Notes: a model not told the origin generated them from the sequence alone. Positions 48,284-58,033 are shown, numbered from the stretch's first letter. The stretch is DNA of 64,000 bases from an uncultured Methanosarcinales archaeon (GCA_964388715.1 CAYMBN010000002.1:80704-144703), one strand, 5' to 3'. A program made the numbers and translations.

Positions 48284-49227
48284 AGTGCGTTATTGATTAT
48301 TTCAGTAATTCTATTTTTTAGTTTGTAAACATCTGTTCCTTCTTCAAAAAGATCTTCATAATCATTTACCTGAACTATGAATTTTTTTGAACCAAATGAT
48401 TTGTTTTCATCTGGTGAATAACCTACAAGTTCAAGGAATTCGTTGAAATTAAATTCTTTCACATAATTATCTATCTGATTTAAACTAGGTGCTTCTTCTC
48501 TTCCAATCTTGATTAAAGTGCCAGGAGTGTTTTTTCTTGGAATATTGTGGCTTTTTAGAAGAGGAAGTATTTTAAGGAAAATACTTCTAAAAACCTCCTC
48601 GTAAGGACCATCAGCATTTACTCTGTATTTGTAAGGAATAGGAAGAATATTATATTGGTGTAAAAAATCTTGCATATGTGCAATTGGTTCTTGGCTTATT
48701 TGTTCATTTTCATCAGGAGTATAATCTGCCTCTGAATCATGTTTATCAAAATCCTCATTACGTTTTTTGATTACTGGATCTCTTACATCAAGAAAAACAG
48801 ATGCATCATATTTAGGATGTAAAGCGTCAATACCAAAAATGTCAAAAAAGTTAAATCCAAAAAAACCAACTTGGTAAGGTGCGTGTGTCATTGTTGTTGA
48901 ACGTTTTGTGATAACTATCTTACCTTTGTTTAAAGCGTCTTTTATTTGCTTAATATGATATGTTCTATCAAAAGCGTATAATTGTGCTATTGTTTCTCTT
49001 GGTAATTCTAGTTTTTTCCCAATTTGTTTAGAAATTTCGTGTCTCCTTAATGCAACTTCTATAAGAAAGCCACCAATTGTTGAATAATCAGGGTATGTAA
49101 TAAGTTCTACGTCATAACCTAATTTGGTTAAAGCATAGCCTAGTAAAGCCCATTGAGTACCTTTACCTGATTTATCTGGACCTGTAACAGACATTAAAAA
49201 TCCAGTACGATTATTACTTGTGTACAT
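48280..49227 (-). CDS. Thymidylate-kinase-like P-loop kinase with an extra C-terminal domain of about 110 aa
   Basis: The P-loop is VTGPDKSGKGTQ. A Tmk-like LYAFDRTYH (DR.H) motif is present. Confidence 0.45.
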   Translation of the reverse strand: MYTSNNRTGFLMSVTGPDKSGKGTQWALLGYALTKLGYDVELITYPDYSTIGGFLIEVALRRHEISKQIGKKLELPRETIAQLYAFDRTYHIKQIKDALNKGKIVITKRSTTMTHAPYQVGFFGFNFFDIFGIDALHPKYDASVFLDVRDPVIKKRNEDFDKHDSEADYTPDENEQISQEPIAHMQDFLHQYNILPIPYKYRVNADGPYEEVFRSIFLKILPLLKSHNIPRKNTPGTLIKIGREEAPSLNQIDNYVKEFNFNEFLELVGYSPDENKSFGSKKFIVQVNDYEDLFEEGTDVYKLKNRITEIINNAL

Positions 49228-49281
49228 TTGAAAACCCCATAAAAAAAGAAGGAATAAGTTATTTATATGTTTATTGGTAGT

Positions 49282-49854
49282 CTAAACCTTAACATTATTC
49301 TCTCTAAGGAATTTGACTAAAGAACTCATTGGAGAGCCTATTGCAGTGAGATAGCTTCCGTTTAAGTATTCTGAAAATCGTACAGTACCTTCTCCTTCAA
49401 ATGCTCCTGCAAAGTGTGTAACTGGGTAACGTTTGATATAATCATTAATTTCATGATCAGTAAGTTCTCTGAACTTTACAGTACATTTTTCAACATTAGA
49501 AAGCATTTTTTTTGTTTTTGAGTTATATACTGCAATGCCTGCAATCATAACATGCTCTTGGTTTGATAGAGTCTTTAACATGTCATAAGCTTCTTGTTCA
49601 TCTTTAGGTTTTTCATAAATTTTGTTTTGGAAAATAACAAAGAAGTCACCACCAATTATGATAGCTTCTGGTTCTGTTTTTGCTATCTCTAATGCTTTTG
49701 CCTCTGCTAGTTGTTTTGCAAGTTGCATAGGATCATCATGTCTTATCTTTGATTCATCTATGTGGCTTGGTTTGCATTCGTAGTCTAAGCCAAGGATATC
49801 TAAAGCTTTCTTCCTTGATGCTGATTGTGATGCTAGGATTAGTTTCATAAACAT
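49282..49854 (-). CDS. maf: Maf-like nucleoside-triphosphate pyrophosphatase
   Basis: It reads MKLILASQSASRKKALDILGLDYECKPSHIDES..., matching the Maf signature. Confidence 0.8.
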   Translation of the reverse strand: MFMKLILASQSASRKKALDILGLDYECKPSHIDESKIRHDDPMQLAKQLAEAKALEIAKTEPEAIIIGGDFFVIFQNKIYEKPKDEQEAYDMLKTLSNQEHVMIAGIAVYNSKTKKMLSNVEKCTVKFRELTDHEINDYIKRYPVTHFAGAFEGEGTVRFSEYLNGSYLTAIGSPMSSLVKFLRENNVKV

Positions 49855-49873
49855 GGAAATGAAGAGGTTGTTT

Positions 49874-50953
49874 TTATATTTTTCTTATGATTCCATTTTC
49901 AGCATCAACTTCAACAATGTCTCTGTCCTTAAATGTTTTTGTTGCGGTTTTTGTGTTGATTATGCACGGTATGTTTAGTTCTCTGCTTATAACTGCTGCG
50001 TGTGATAACATTCCTCCTTGGTCTGTGACTATTGCAGCTGCTTTGTGACAGAGTGGAACTAGTTCAGGGGTTGTGCTTTGCGCCACTAAGATGTCTCTGT
50101 GTTGCATTTTGGCTGCAACTTGATTTATCCTGTTTATGTCTGTTAGCATTGGAGCAATGACTACTTTACCTTTTGCTTTTCCTTTGTTTGCAGTGAGTCC
50201 TTTAAGAGTGTTGGATTTTTTTATTGGGGTTTTTATTTTGTTGTAAATGATTGATGCTTGTTGTGGGGTGAATTTGATAAGATTGTTGTTAATTTTAGTT
50301 ATTGCATATGAGGTTTTTCTTTGTTGGATTAGATCTTTGTCTGGCAAAATGTTATCAAATAGGTTTAGGATTTCATCTGAGTAAAGGTATATTGCATCAT
50401 CTGGGTTTTCAAGATAGTTGTTTGAGATTGTAGTTAGGATGTTTGGGAGAACACCATTCATGAATATGTATGCATTAAGAATTTCTCTTCCTTTAAATTT
50501 TAGTTTACCAAGGTCATCAAGGTTTTGTTTTAATACAGGGTTGTTGGTTTGTTTCATAACTTGATACGCTAGGTTGTGGTAACAGAATTCTGTGTAAGCA
50601 TATAAGTCCCAGAATGTAAGGTAATCTTTGAGTAATGATTGGAATTCTTGTTTTGTTATTTGGTTTGGAGGAGATTTATATTTTGGAATGATATTTTTTT
50701 TTGCGTAAGCAATGTGTTGTCTGAAATTTTTTGAATATTCTTGGTATTTTTGTTTGTTTGAGAAGAGTTCTAGTCCTTTTTGTTGGCAGAGTTGTTCTTT
50801 TTCTTTGTGGATGAATGTATGCCAGACTCCTTTATTAAAGACTATGAGACAATTTCCTAGGCCAAGTGCTGTTTTAAGGAAGAATTCACTATGGAGGCAT
50901 GTTACTATTCCATCTATTCTGAATAACGGTGAGTAGTTTTTTGGGTTTATCAT
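49874..50953 (-). CDS. Protein with a C-terminal PEP-utilising-enzyme mobile (phosphohistidine) domain; the N-terminal 250 aa are of unknown function
   Basis: The mobile-domain motif is KGKVVIAP...AIVTDQGGMLSHAAVISRELNIPCIIN. Confidence 0.6.
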   Translation of the reverse strand: MINPKNYSPLFRIDGIVTCLHSEFFLKTALGLGNCLIVFNKGVWHTFIHKEKEQLCQQKGLELFSNKQKYQEYSKNFRQHIAYAKKNIIPKYKSPPNQITKQEFQSLLKDYLTFWDLYAYTEFCYHNLAYQVMKQTNNPVLKQNLDDLGKLKFKGREILNAYIFMNGVLPNILTTISNNYLENPDDAIYLYSDEILNLFDNILPDKDLIQQRKTSYAITKINNNLIKFTPQQASIIYNKIKTPIKKSNTLKGLTANKGKAKGKVVIAPMLTDINRINQVAAKMQHRDILVAQSTTPELVPLCHKAAAIVTDQGGMLSHAAVISRELNIPCIINTKTATKTFKDRDIVEVDAENGIIRKI

Positions 50954-51666
50954 TCTTCATCATCTGTCTCTTCTTCATTTTGTTCATCTTCTGAAATAAC
51001 TTTATTAATTGCTTCTGGAACAAGTTGTTTTAGTTCTTCAATTACCGCATCATATACTTTCTTTGAATCAGCAAATGCATTTTTTACTTCATCATCTGGA
51101 TTATTTGTAACATAGGCCTTGAGTAATTCTATTATTGGATTGTACTCAGAATTTCCATAGATTGTTTTTGCTTGCTTTAGGTTTGATTTTCCCATAACTA
51201 AAACAGCAATTACATGAGGATTTGGTTTTAGCTGTTCTTGTTTGTCTTTTAGGTATTCTGTTACATCTAATCTTTCTGCTGCTTCAAAACTGTGAACACC
51301 TTCTTCTAAGGAAAATCTTTGTCTACTTTTTTCAGCATATTGGTCAATTTTAGTTTTTAATTCTGAATCATCAGAATATTTTTTTTCTAATTCATTTTCA
51401 TTTTTTATTTTTCCTACTAAATTTTCTGCTTCTACTAAATGTTTTCTGTAAAAACCCCTTTTGTATCCATTTTTTATTACCTTTACTTTAGTAGAAAGAG
51501 GCATTTGGCCTTGTAGGATTTGATCAAGATGTGTTCCTGAGGAGATAACCTTATATTGATTGTTTAATTCTTTTTTTTCAAGATAATTGTTTCCTATAGC
51601 CGCTGCTATTGGGCTTCTTCCTTTGTTAGCTGTGCAACATATTTCTATAAGTTTTTGATATGTCAT
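50950..51666 (-). CDS. Low-molecular-weight phosphotyrosine phosphatase / ArsC-like protein with an acidic C-terminal tail
   Basis: It has a C-x5-R(S) P-loop (CCTANKGRSPIAAAIG) and the C-terminus ends EDEQNEEETDDEE. Confidence 0.5.
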   Translation of the reverse strand: MTYQKLIEICCTANKGRSPIAAAIGNNYLEKKELNNQYKVISSGTHLDQILQGQMPLSTKVKVIKNGYKRGFYRKHLVEAENLVGKIKNENELEKKYSDDSELKTKIDQYAEKSRQRFSLEEGVHSFEAAERLDVTEYLKDKQEQLKPNPHVIAVLVMGKSNLKQAKTIYGNSEYNPIIELLKAYVTNNPDDEVKNAFADSKKVYDAVIEELKQLVPEAINKVISEDEQNEEETDDEE

Positions 51667-51704
51667 GTTAAGTTATGAAAAATCAAATAAATATATAAAA
51701 AAGA

Positions 51705-52523
51705 GTGTCCCCCTACGGGACTACTTTAGAAAGATTTATATATCTGTGGGGGTTTGGTTGTTGTATGGAGTTAAGTGAATTAAGAAAGATTGGGTTAACA
51801 GAAGGAGAAATTAAGGTTTATGAGGCTTTATTAGACTTAGGAGAGTGTACTAAGACCAAGTTAGCTAAGAGATCTGGGATATCTCCATCAAATATTTATG
51901 ATGTTACAAATCGATTAATTGAGAAAGGTATTATTTCTAAAGTTGAGAAGAATGGGGTTGCGCATTTTAGTGCAGTACATCCACGGCATTTGATGGATTT
52001 TCTTGAGCAGAAGGAGGAAGAGATTCAAAAGGAAAAGGATTTTGTTAATCAGATCCTGCCGAGTTTGATGTTGAAGTTTCAGGAAGCTAAGGAAAAGGTT
52101 AATGTCGAGGTTTTTCAGGGTTGGAATGGTATGAAAACAATTTTTGAAGATATTATTGATGAATGCAAAAAAGGTGATAAGAATTATATTTTTGGAGCAA
52201 GTAAAGGTGAGAGTGATAAACAGGCTGACAGATTTTTTCTTAAATATTCAAAATTAAGAGAGAAAAAAGGGATCATTACAAATATAATATTTAATAAAGA
52301 TCTTCGTAATAGAAAAACAAGAGTAGACTTCTTTATTAAGTCAAAAAAATGTAATGTTAAATTTCTTAACCAGTCAACACCTGCTGAGATTTTGTTATAC
52401 AAGAATAAAGCTTGTATTATTATTTTAACTAAAGAGCCGTTGGTGATTAGGGTGAGTAGTAAAGAGGTAAAGGATTCTTTTAAACAATATTTTGATGTTA
52501 TGTGGAAGATTGCAAAAAAGTAA
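51705..52523 (+). CDS. TrmB-family transcriptional regulator
   Basis: The TrmB N-terminal HTH is LTEGEIKVYEALLDLGECTKTKLAKRSGISPSNIYDVTNRLIEKGIISKV. The probable true start is the internal MELSELRK (about 51765), with a TATA tttatata about 30 nt upstream. Confidence 0.75.
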   Translation: MSPYGTTLERFIYLWGFGCCMELSELRKIGLTEGEIKVYEALLDLGECTKTKLAKRSGISPSNIYDVTNRLIEKGIISKVEKNGVAHFSAVHPRHLMDFLEQKEEEIQKEKDFVNQILPSLMLKFQEAKEKVNVEVFQGWNGMKTIFEDIIDECKKGDKNYIFGASKGESDKQADRFFLKYSKLREKKGIITNIIFNKDLRNRKTRVDFFIKSKKCNVKFLNQSTPAEILLYKNKACIIILTKEPLVIRVSSKEVKDSFKQYFDVMWKIAKK

Positions 52524-52565
52524 ATTTCAGTAATCTTTTTATATATTAAAATATATCTTTGTTAT

Positions 52566-54560
52566 ATGGCTGATGCTGTACTAGGAAAAAGAGGAGAAAA
52601 AGATTTTAAGTATCCATTAAGTACTTTGAAAAAGCATTTTGTTGCTTTAGGAGGGTCTGGTTCTGGAAAAACTGTTCTGTGTAAAGTGCTTATTGAAGAA
52701 GCTAGCCAGAAAGGTATTCCATGTATTTTGGTTGATCCACAAGGAGATCTTGCTTCACTAGCTATACCAAACAAAAAAAAGTTAAAAGTTGTTATTTTTA
52801 CGCCAACATCTTCAAAAGGTATTCCTATTTGTATTAATCCGTTAAGATTGCCTGAGCAGAAATTAGATAAGGAGGAATTAGTGTCTATTTTGAATCAGAT
52901 AAGTAGTGCGATTGTTCAATTGCTTGGTTATAAGATTGAGAGTGATAAAGGAAGGGGTGCTCAGTCTTTATTTTATACAATTTTAGAAGAAAGTTATAAA
53001 TCAAAGATTCCAATTGAAGATTTTGGTAATTTGGCTGATATGTTTGGAAGTCCAACAGAAGATTTAGTTAAACAAGCAGAAGAATTGCTTGGATCAAAGA
53101 ATGAATTAAAAGCATTGCATAGAAAAGTAAAATATCTTACAATTGGAGAAAAAGAATTGTTGTTTAATTTTGGTGTTCCACTTGATATTGATTTGTTGTT
53201 AAAGGCTGGGATATCTGTGATTTACTTGAATACACTTGGATCATTAAAAGATAAAGATTTTTTTGTTTCAATGCTTGGGACAAAGTTATATGAATGGATG
53301 ATTAGTAATCCAAGTGGTAAAGTGCAAGCTTTGTTTTATATTGATGAGATTTCATCTTATCTTCCTGCTGGAAATAAGTTGACTTTATCTAAGCCAATTC
53401 TTAATTTGATATATAAACAAGCGAGAAAGTATGGTGTTGGTTGTGTTGTGAGTACACAAAACCCAGGTGATATTGATTATAAAGCTTTTGCGCAGTTTGG
53501 AACATGGGCAATTGGTCGTCTGACAACTAAACAGGATAGGGATAAAGTTAAAGATGCACTTAAATCACTTGCTGCAAAAAATTTGGATAAGGTTGTTGGA
53601 CAATTGCCAAAGTTAAAACCTGGTAATTTTGTATTTTTCTGCCCTGATTTGTTTAAAAATATTGAACATCTTAAAGTAAGATGGTTATTAACAAAACATA
53701 AAACCTTGAATGAAGCACAAGTTAAAGCAGCAACAATACAACAATTAAGAGATTTTTATGAAAAGTTTGAAGTAGAGAAAAAACCAAAAGAATTGAAAGA
53801 AAGTAGTGGAAAAATAACAGTTGAAAAAGGTAAAGAACATTTTGACTTGAAAATAAATCATGATAAGATTCTTGAGATTGTACAAAAAAAGAAGAAAAAG
53901 ATGTTTGGTTTTTTTGGGCCTGATAAAGAACAACTTGATAAGGTTAATTTGGAGTTAAGACCGCTTTATTTGAGTACTGTGCGTGTTCAAGAGTCAAAGT
54001 TTCTTGGTTTAGGAAAGAAAATAAAGGAATATACTGTGTTTTTTGATGGAATTACTGGAAATGTTTTTACATTTAAAGGTCAAAAGTATCGATTGTATAA
54101 GTGGGAAGAGTTGTTTGGTTTAAGTGATGCACAGATTAAGTTATTAAAGGTTTTGAGAGATAGGAAATTGACTGTTGGTGAGCTTGCTTTGAAGATGAAG
54201 TTAACTGGAAGTGCTGTTTCTTCTACACTAAAACAATTGCAAAAGGATAAGATTGTTAGTTATGAAAAAGCTAAGAGTAATGTGAATGAATGGTTTTCAT
54301 TAGCAAAGATTGATGTTTCCCAGAAGATTGATAAGATTGATTCTGGAGAGTTTAATTTGAGTGATAAGAAAGTTGATGGTAAGGAAGTTAAGCCTAAGAT
54401 GAACATTAAAGAGATTTCTAAGATTGTCAGAGGGTGGTTTGGTAATGCTGACATTGTGAAAGCAAAGATTGTTTACTATCCTGTTTATGAAATTAAGTAT
54501 GTTGGTAAGAAAGGTAGCAGGAAAGTTTATGTTAGTGGTGTTGATGGTAATGTTCTATAG
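52566..54560 (+). CDS. HerA/FtsK-superfamily (DUF87-type) P-loop ATPase with a C-terminal extension of about 270 aa containing a coiled-coil and a winged-helix (MarR-like) motif
   Basis: Walker A is ALGGSGSGKTVL. The HerA-like motif VDPQGD and Walker B FYIDEISSY are present. The C-terminal wHTH reads LSDAQIKLLKVLRDRKLTVGELALKMKLTGSAVSSTLKQLQKDKIVSYEK. Confidence 0.55.
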   Translation: MADAVLGKRGEKDFKYPLSTLKKHFVALGGSGSGKTVLCKVLIEEASQKGIPCILVDPQGDLASLAIPNKKKLKVVIFTPTSSKGIPICINPLRLPEQKLDKEELVSILNQISSAIVQLLGYKIESDKGRGAQSLFYTILEESYKSKIPIEDFGNLADMFGSPTEDLVKQAEELLGSKNELKALHRKVKYLTIGEKELLFNFGVPLDIDLLLKAGISVIYLNTLGSLKDKDFFVSMLGTKLYEWMISNPSGKVQALFYIDEISSYLPAGNKLTLSKPILNLIYKQARKYGVGCVVSTQNPGDIDYKAFAQFGTWAIGRLTTKQDRDKVKDALKSLAAKNLDKVVGQLPKLKPGNFVFFCPDLFKNIEHLKVRWLLTKHKTLNEAQVKAATIQQLRDFYEKFEVEKKPKELKESSGKITVEKGKEHFDLKINHDKILEIVQKKKKKMFGFFGPDKEQLDKVNLELRPLYLSTVRVQESKFLGLGKKIKEYTVFFDGITGNVFTFKGQKYRLYKWEELFGLSDAQIKLLKVLRDRKLTVGELALKMKLTGSAVSSTLKQLQKDKIVSYEKAKSNVNEWFSLAKIDVSQKIDKIDSGEFNLSDKKVDGKEVKPKMNIKEISKIVRGWFGNADIVKAKIVYYPVYEIKYVGKKGSRKVYVSGVDGNVL

Positions 54561-54640
54561 TTTCTAACTTATAGTTTAAAGATTAAGATTATTTATATAT
54601 AAAATAGACATTACTTTTTTTAGAAAAGGGGTTTTATTGA

Positions 54641-55510
54641 ATGATATTTATTACTTATTTGGATTATTTATTGTCACTAGCCAATATTGTAGACGTTGAA
54701 ACATGGAATGCTTTTCAAGAAATTGACAAGATGAGTGAATTAAGAGCAAGTATTGTTGGCTGGACAGAAAATGTTCATGCTAGAGAGGCTGGTTTTGATC
54801 TAGAAAAAATTATCACTAAAGAAGTTCAGGCATTGTTTTTTCCACCAGATTATGTAACTGATGATAAATATAGGGATATGGTACATAGGAAAGTATCTGA
54901 TCATTTTTCTGGGGATCTGGAAATAAATTATGGAGATCCACAACTTTTAATGGAATTATATGAAATAGCTGTTGCAAAGGAAGTTCTTGATTGTGAAAAA
55001 TACCTTTTATCATTACGATCATATAAGTATGGACTTAGAGAAGTCATAATACAAATTGATGAAAATAGAATAAATGATGAAAGTGGAGTAACCCCATATG
55101 GAATATTATTAAGTAAGTTAGGTAATGAATATCCTGAAATTAAGTTTGTATCTAATAAAAAACACTCCCGCTGGATTGTCAAAGATGAATTAAACAAATT
55201 ACAACAATTATATGCTTTTAATGGTAGGAAATTTGATGCAAAGGTTCTTCAAAATTTAACTGAACAATGGTTTCATCTTGGTGAATTAATGGATGGTCAA
55301 GAAAAAAAGGTTAATGCAATGGCAAAATTAGGAATTGCAAGTTGGGATCCTTTGAGAGATGGGATGGATGCAATTGCATATATACAATTTTTTTATAAAA
55401 AGGGAATCTCAGAATTTTTGTATCTTGTTTTAAAACATAATCAACATTGTTTAGGATCAGAAGGAAAGATAGCAAACCGTAGACTTCATCTTAATGGAAG
55501 AATTTCTTAA
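54641..55510 (+). CDS. Hypothetical protein (289 aa) immediately downstream of the HerA-like ATPase
   Basis: It is an ORF with coding bias and no recognisable motif. It overlaps the convergent RIO kinase gene by 20 nt at its 3' end. Confidence 0.4.
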   Translation: MIFITYLDYLLSLANIVDVETWNAFQEIDKMSELRASIVGWTENVHAREAGFDLEKIITKEVQALFFPPDYVTDDKYRDMVHRKVSDHFSGDLEINYGDPQLLMELYEIAVAKEVLDCEKYLLSLRSYKYGLREVIIQIDENRINDESGVTPYGILLSKLGNEYPEIKFVSNKKHSRWIVKDELNKLQQLYAFNGRKFDAKVLQNLTEQWFHLGELMDGQEKKVNAMAKLGIASWDPLRDGMDAIAYIQFFYKKGISEFLYLVLKHNQHCLGSEGKIANRRLHLNGRIS

Positions 55511-56198
55511 TTTTCTCTTTATCTGTTTTTACTCCTAGTTTACTGAAGAATCTGGCAATGTTCTTGCAGTCTCTTTCTAGTAATTCTTTGAATTGATGAC
55601 TTTCTTTGACACTTGCTTGGGAGAAATCAATTAATACAGGTGAATCATCGTGGTTTAGGATGTTGAATTCTGACAAATCACCATGGACAAGTCCTGCTTT
55701 GTGTAATTTTTTCATGTTTTCAATGACTTGTTTGTAGAATTTGTTTTTGTTTTTTGGGGGAAGATCTTTTAGTTTAAGCGCAGGTTCTTTGTGACCAATG
55801 AATTCTTCAACTAAAACATTGTATGATGCTGCGATAGGTTTTGGAACTCTTACTCCAGCTTGTCTTGCTTTTAAGAGGTTTCTGTATTCACGTTGTGTCC
55901 AGGCAAATATAGTAAGACGTTTTTTCTTTTTTAAGCCATGGAACCTTGGATCATATTTAAGATAATCATACATTTTGTTAAAATCACATGTTTCTAAGCG
56001 GTAGATTTTGACAATTACTTTTCCATCTCCTTTTTTAGCAGCAAAAACATTAGCTTCTTTACCCATAAACAGAGGACCAATGAGGCCATCAAAATGTCCT
56101 TGGGACATTAGTTTGAAAAGAAGTCTTTCTGTAAAACGATCAAATACATTACCCATTGTTTTCCATTCTTCTTTTGTTTTTCTTGCTCGGCGTGGCAT
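55491..56198 (-). CDS. rio1: RIO-type serine protein kinase (Rio1-like, lacking an N-terminal wHTH)
   Basis: It has VFAAKKGDGKVIVKIYR, the catalytic loop LVHGDLSEFNIL and the metal-binding IDFSQA. Confidence 0.8.
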   Translation of the reverse strand: MPRRARKTKEEWKTMGNVFDRFTERLLFKLMSQGHFDGLIGPLFMGKEANVFAAKKGDGKVIVKIYRLETCDFNKMYDYLKYDPRFHGLKKKKRLTIFAWTQREYRNLLKARQAGVRVPKPIAASYNVLVEEFIGHKEPALKLKDLPPKNKNKFYKQVIENMKKLHKAGLVHGDLSEFNILNHDDSPVLIDFSQASVKESHQFKELLERDCKNIARFFSKLGVKTDKEKIKKFFH

Positions 56199-56337
56199 AA
56201 AATAAAGGTGTTTTTTAGACTTTATAAACCTAACCTATCTTATCTTATTCACTACTCCGGAATAGTCCTAAAACCGAAAGGTTTATATAGTAGTTATGCC
56301 TCTAGAATAGTAACAAGGAAGTTGGTGATATATCATT

Positions 56338-56460
56338 GTTATCTAAACACCTCTTTTCCCTAGCAATCCTCTTTAGGGGATTGCCTGGGTTTTTATGTTC
56401 ATGCTATCACCTCTTTTTCCCTGGCAAAAGGCTTCGGCTTTTTGCTGGGGTTTATAATTA
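56338..56460 (+). promoter_or_regulatory. Two tandem paralogous hairpin elements, each with a CACCTCTTTTCC lead-in, a 9-12 bp stem-loop and a T-run. They may be small RNAs or tandem terminators.
   Basis: The first is cacctcttttccc-tagcaatcc-tcttta-ggggattgcctggg-ttttt. The second is cacctctttttccc-tggcaaaaggc-ttcg-gctttttgctgggg-ttt. Both are more GC-rich than the surrounding DNA. Confidence 0.35.
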
Positions 56461-56776
56461 CAAAATTTGACCGAAAAAGATATAAATAAGGTAGAAATAT
56501 CATAATTAATGCCCGTTACGAGAGTACCCAAGGGAACTTACGGCAAAGCCAAGTTATGAACTTGGGAGTTAGTATTACGGGCAACAAATTCATAATCAAA
56601 AATAATAGAACAAGATCATCATTATCATTAAATCACTTGAATAAAAAAAGATTTAAGATACAGAAATAAGTGTAAAATCTTGTTCTACAAAAATAAACTA
56701 GAGAAAGGTAAATCACATGTTCATTATTCATGATTCATTGAAGGAACTTTTTCTAGTTAAACGGAGGTAGAGAAAA

Positions 56777-58033
56777 ATGGGAAAAATAAGCCCAGTAAGT
56801 GCAAAATATATTGTTCATGCTACAATTAATATTGAAGGTGTTGTTGATAGACCTGATGTAATTGGTGCTATATTTGGACAAACAGAAGGTCTTTTAGGTA
56901 GTGATCTTGAATTAAGAGAATTACAAAGATCAGGTAGAATTGGTAGAATTGAAGTAAATGTTAACACAAAGTCAGGAAAAACACAAGGTAGTATTATTAT
57001 TCCTTCTTCTTTGGATAAAGCAGAAACAGCTATTGTTGGAGCTGCATTAGAAATAATTCAAAGAATTGGTCCATGTAATGCTAAGATTGTAGTGCAACAA
57101 ATCGAAGATGTTAGAGTTAGTAAAAGACAATTTGTTATTGAAAGAGCAAAAGCATTGTTGAAACAATTAATGGATAAAGTAATGCCTGATTCACAAGAAC
57201 TAGCTGATGAAGTTGCATACTCTGTAAGAGTTATGGAAATTCAGGAGTTTGGTAAAGATAGACTTCCAGCTGGACCTAATGTTGATGAAAGTGATGAAGT
57301 AATTGTTGTAGAAGGAAGAGCTGATGTTCTTAATTTGTTAAAACATGGAATTAAAAATGCAATTGCTTTAAATGGTACATCAATACCACAAACAATAATT
57401 AACTTATGTAAACAGAAGATAGTTACATTGTTTGTTGATGGTGATAGAGGAGGAGATTTGATTATACAGGAAGCAATTACAACTTCTGAGATTGATTATG
57501 TTACAAAAGCTCCTGATGGTAAAGAAGTTGAAGAAATAACAAAGAAAGAAATTCACAAAGCAATTAGAAGCAGAGTTGCAGCAGAACAAGCTAAACTTGA
57601 GGTTTCACAAAAACCTGAAGTGAGAAAGTCAGAAGTAAGGAGACCTGAATCAAGAAAACCAGAATTAAGGAAACCTGAACCAAGAAGGACATTTAGTAGA
57701 CCACAACAACAAACAAGTTATCATAAAAAGGCTACTGTTTCAGCTGATGAGTCAAAGAAGTTTAAAAGTATGCTTGAAGATTTGATTGGTACAAGAGGAG
57801 CATATATACTTGATGAAAAACTTAGTATAATGGGTAAAGTTCCATTTACAGAGTTAATTACAACACTAAGAAATCTTAATGTTGGGATATATGCTGTTGT
57901 ATTTGATGGTGCTGTTGATAGGAATGTTCTACAAGCAGCTGATCAAGTTAAGTTGAAATTTGTAGTTGGAATGGATAACAAAGCAAAAGGAGTTAATACT
58001 AGAGCTAGTGTTTTAACTGTTAATGATTTATAA
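56777..58033 (+). CDS. dnaG: Archaeal DnaG primase (Toprim domain)
   Basis: The N-terminus (MGKISPVSAKYIVHATINIEGVVDRPDVIGAIFGQTEGLL) is characteristic of archaeal DnaG. Toprim motifs are VVEGRADVLNL and FVDGDRGGDLI. A GGAGGT Shine-Dalgarno sequence lies upstream. Confidence 0.9.
   Translation: MGKISPVSAKYIVHATINIEGVVDRPDVIGAIFGQTEGLLGSDLELRELQRSGRIGRIEVNVNTKSGKTQGSIIIPSSLDKAETAIVGAALEIIQRIGPCNAKIVVQQIEDVRVSKRQFVIERAKALLKQLMDKVMPDSQELADEVAYSVRVMEIQEFGKDRLPAGPNVDESDEVIVVEGRADVLNLLKHGIKNAIALNGTSIPQTIINLCKQKIVTLFVDGDRGGDLIIQEAITTSEIDYVTKAPDGKEVEEITKKEIHKAIRSRVAAEQAKLEVSQKPEVRKSEVRRPESRKPELRKPEPRRTFSRPQQQTSYHKKATVSADESKKFKSMLEDLIGTRGAYILDEKLSIMGKVPFTELITTLRNLNVGIYAVVFDGAVDRNVLQAADQVKLKFVVGMDNKAKGVNTRASVLTVNDL

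Noticed and set aside
56230-56770. SRP RNA or RNase P RNA in the long intergenic gap
   Set aside because: The conserved SRP domain-IV motifs (GGAA/AGCA symmetric loop) and the RNase P CR-I and CR-IV sequences were not seen. Only generic hairpins are present.
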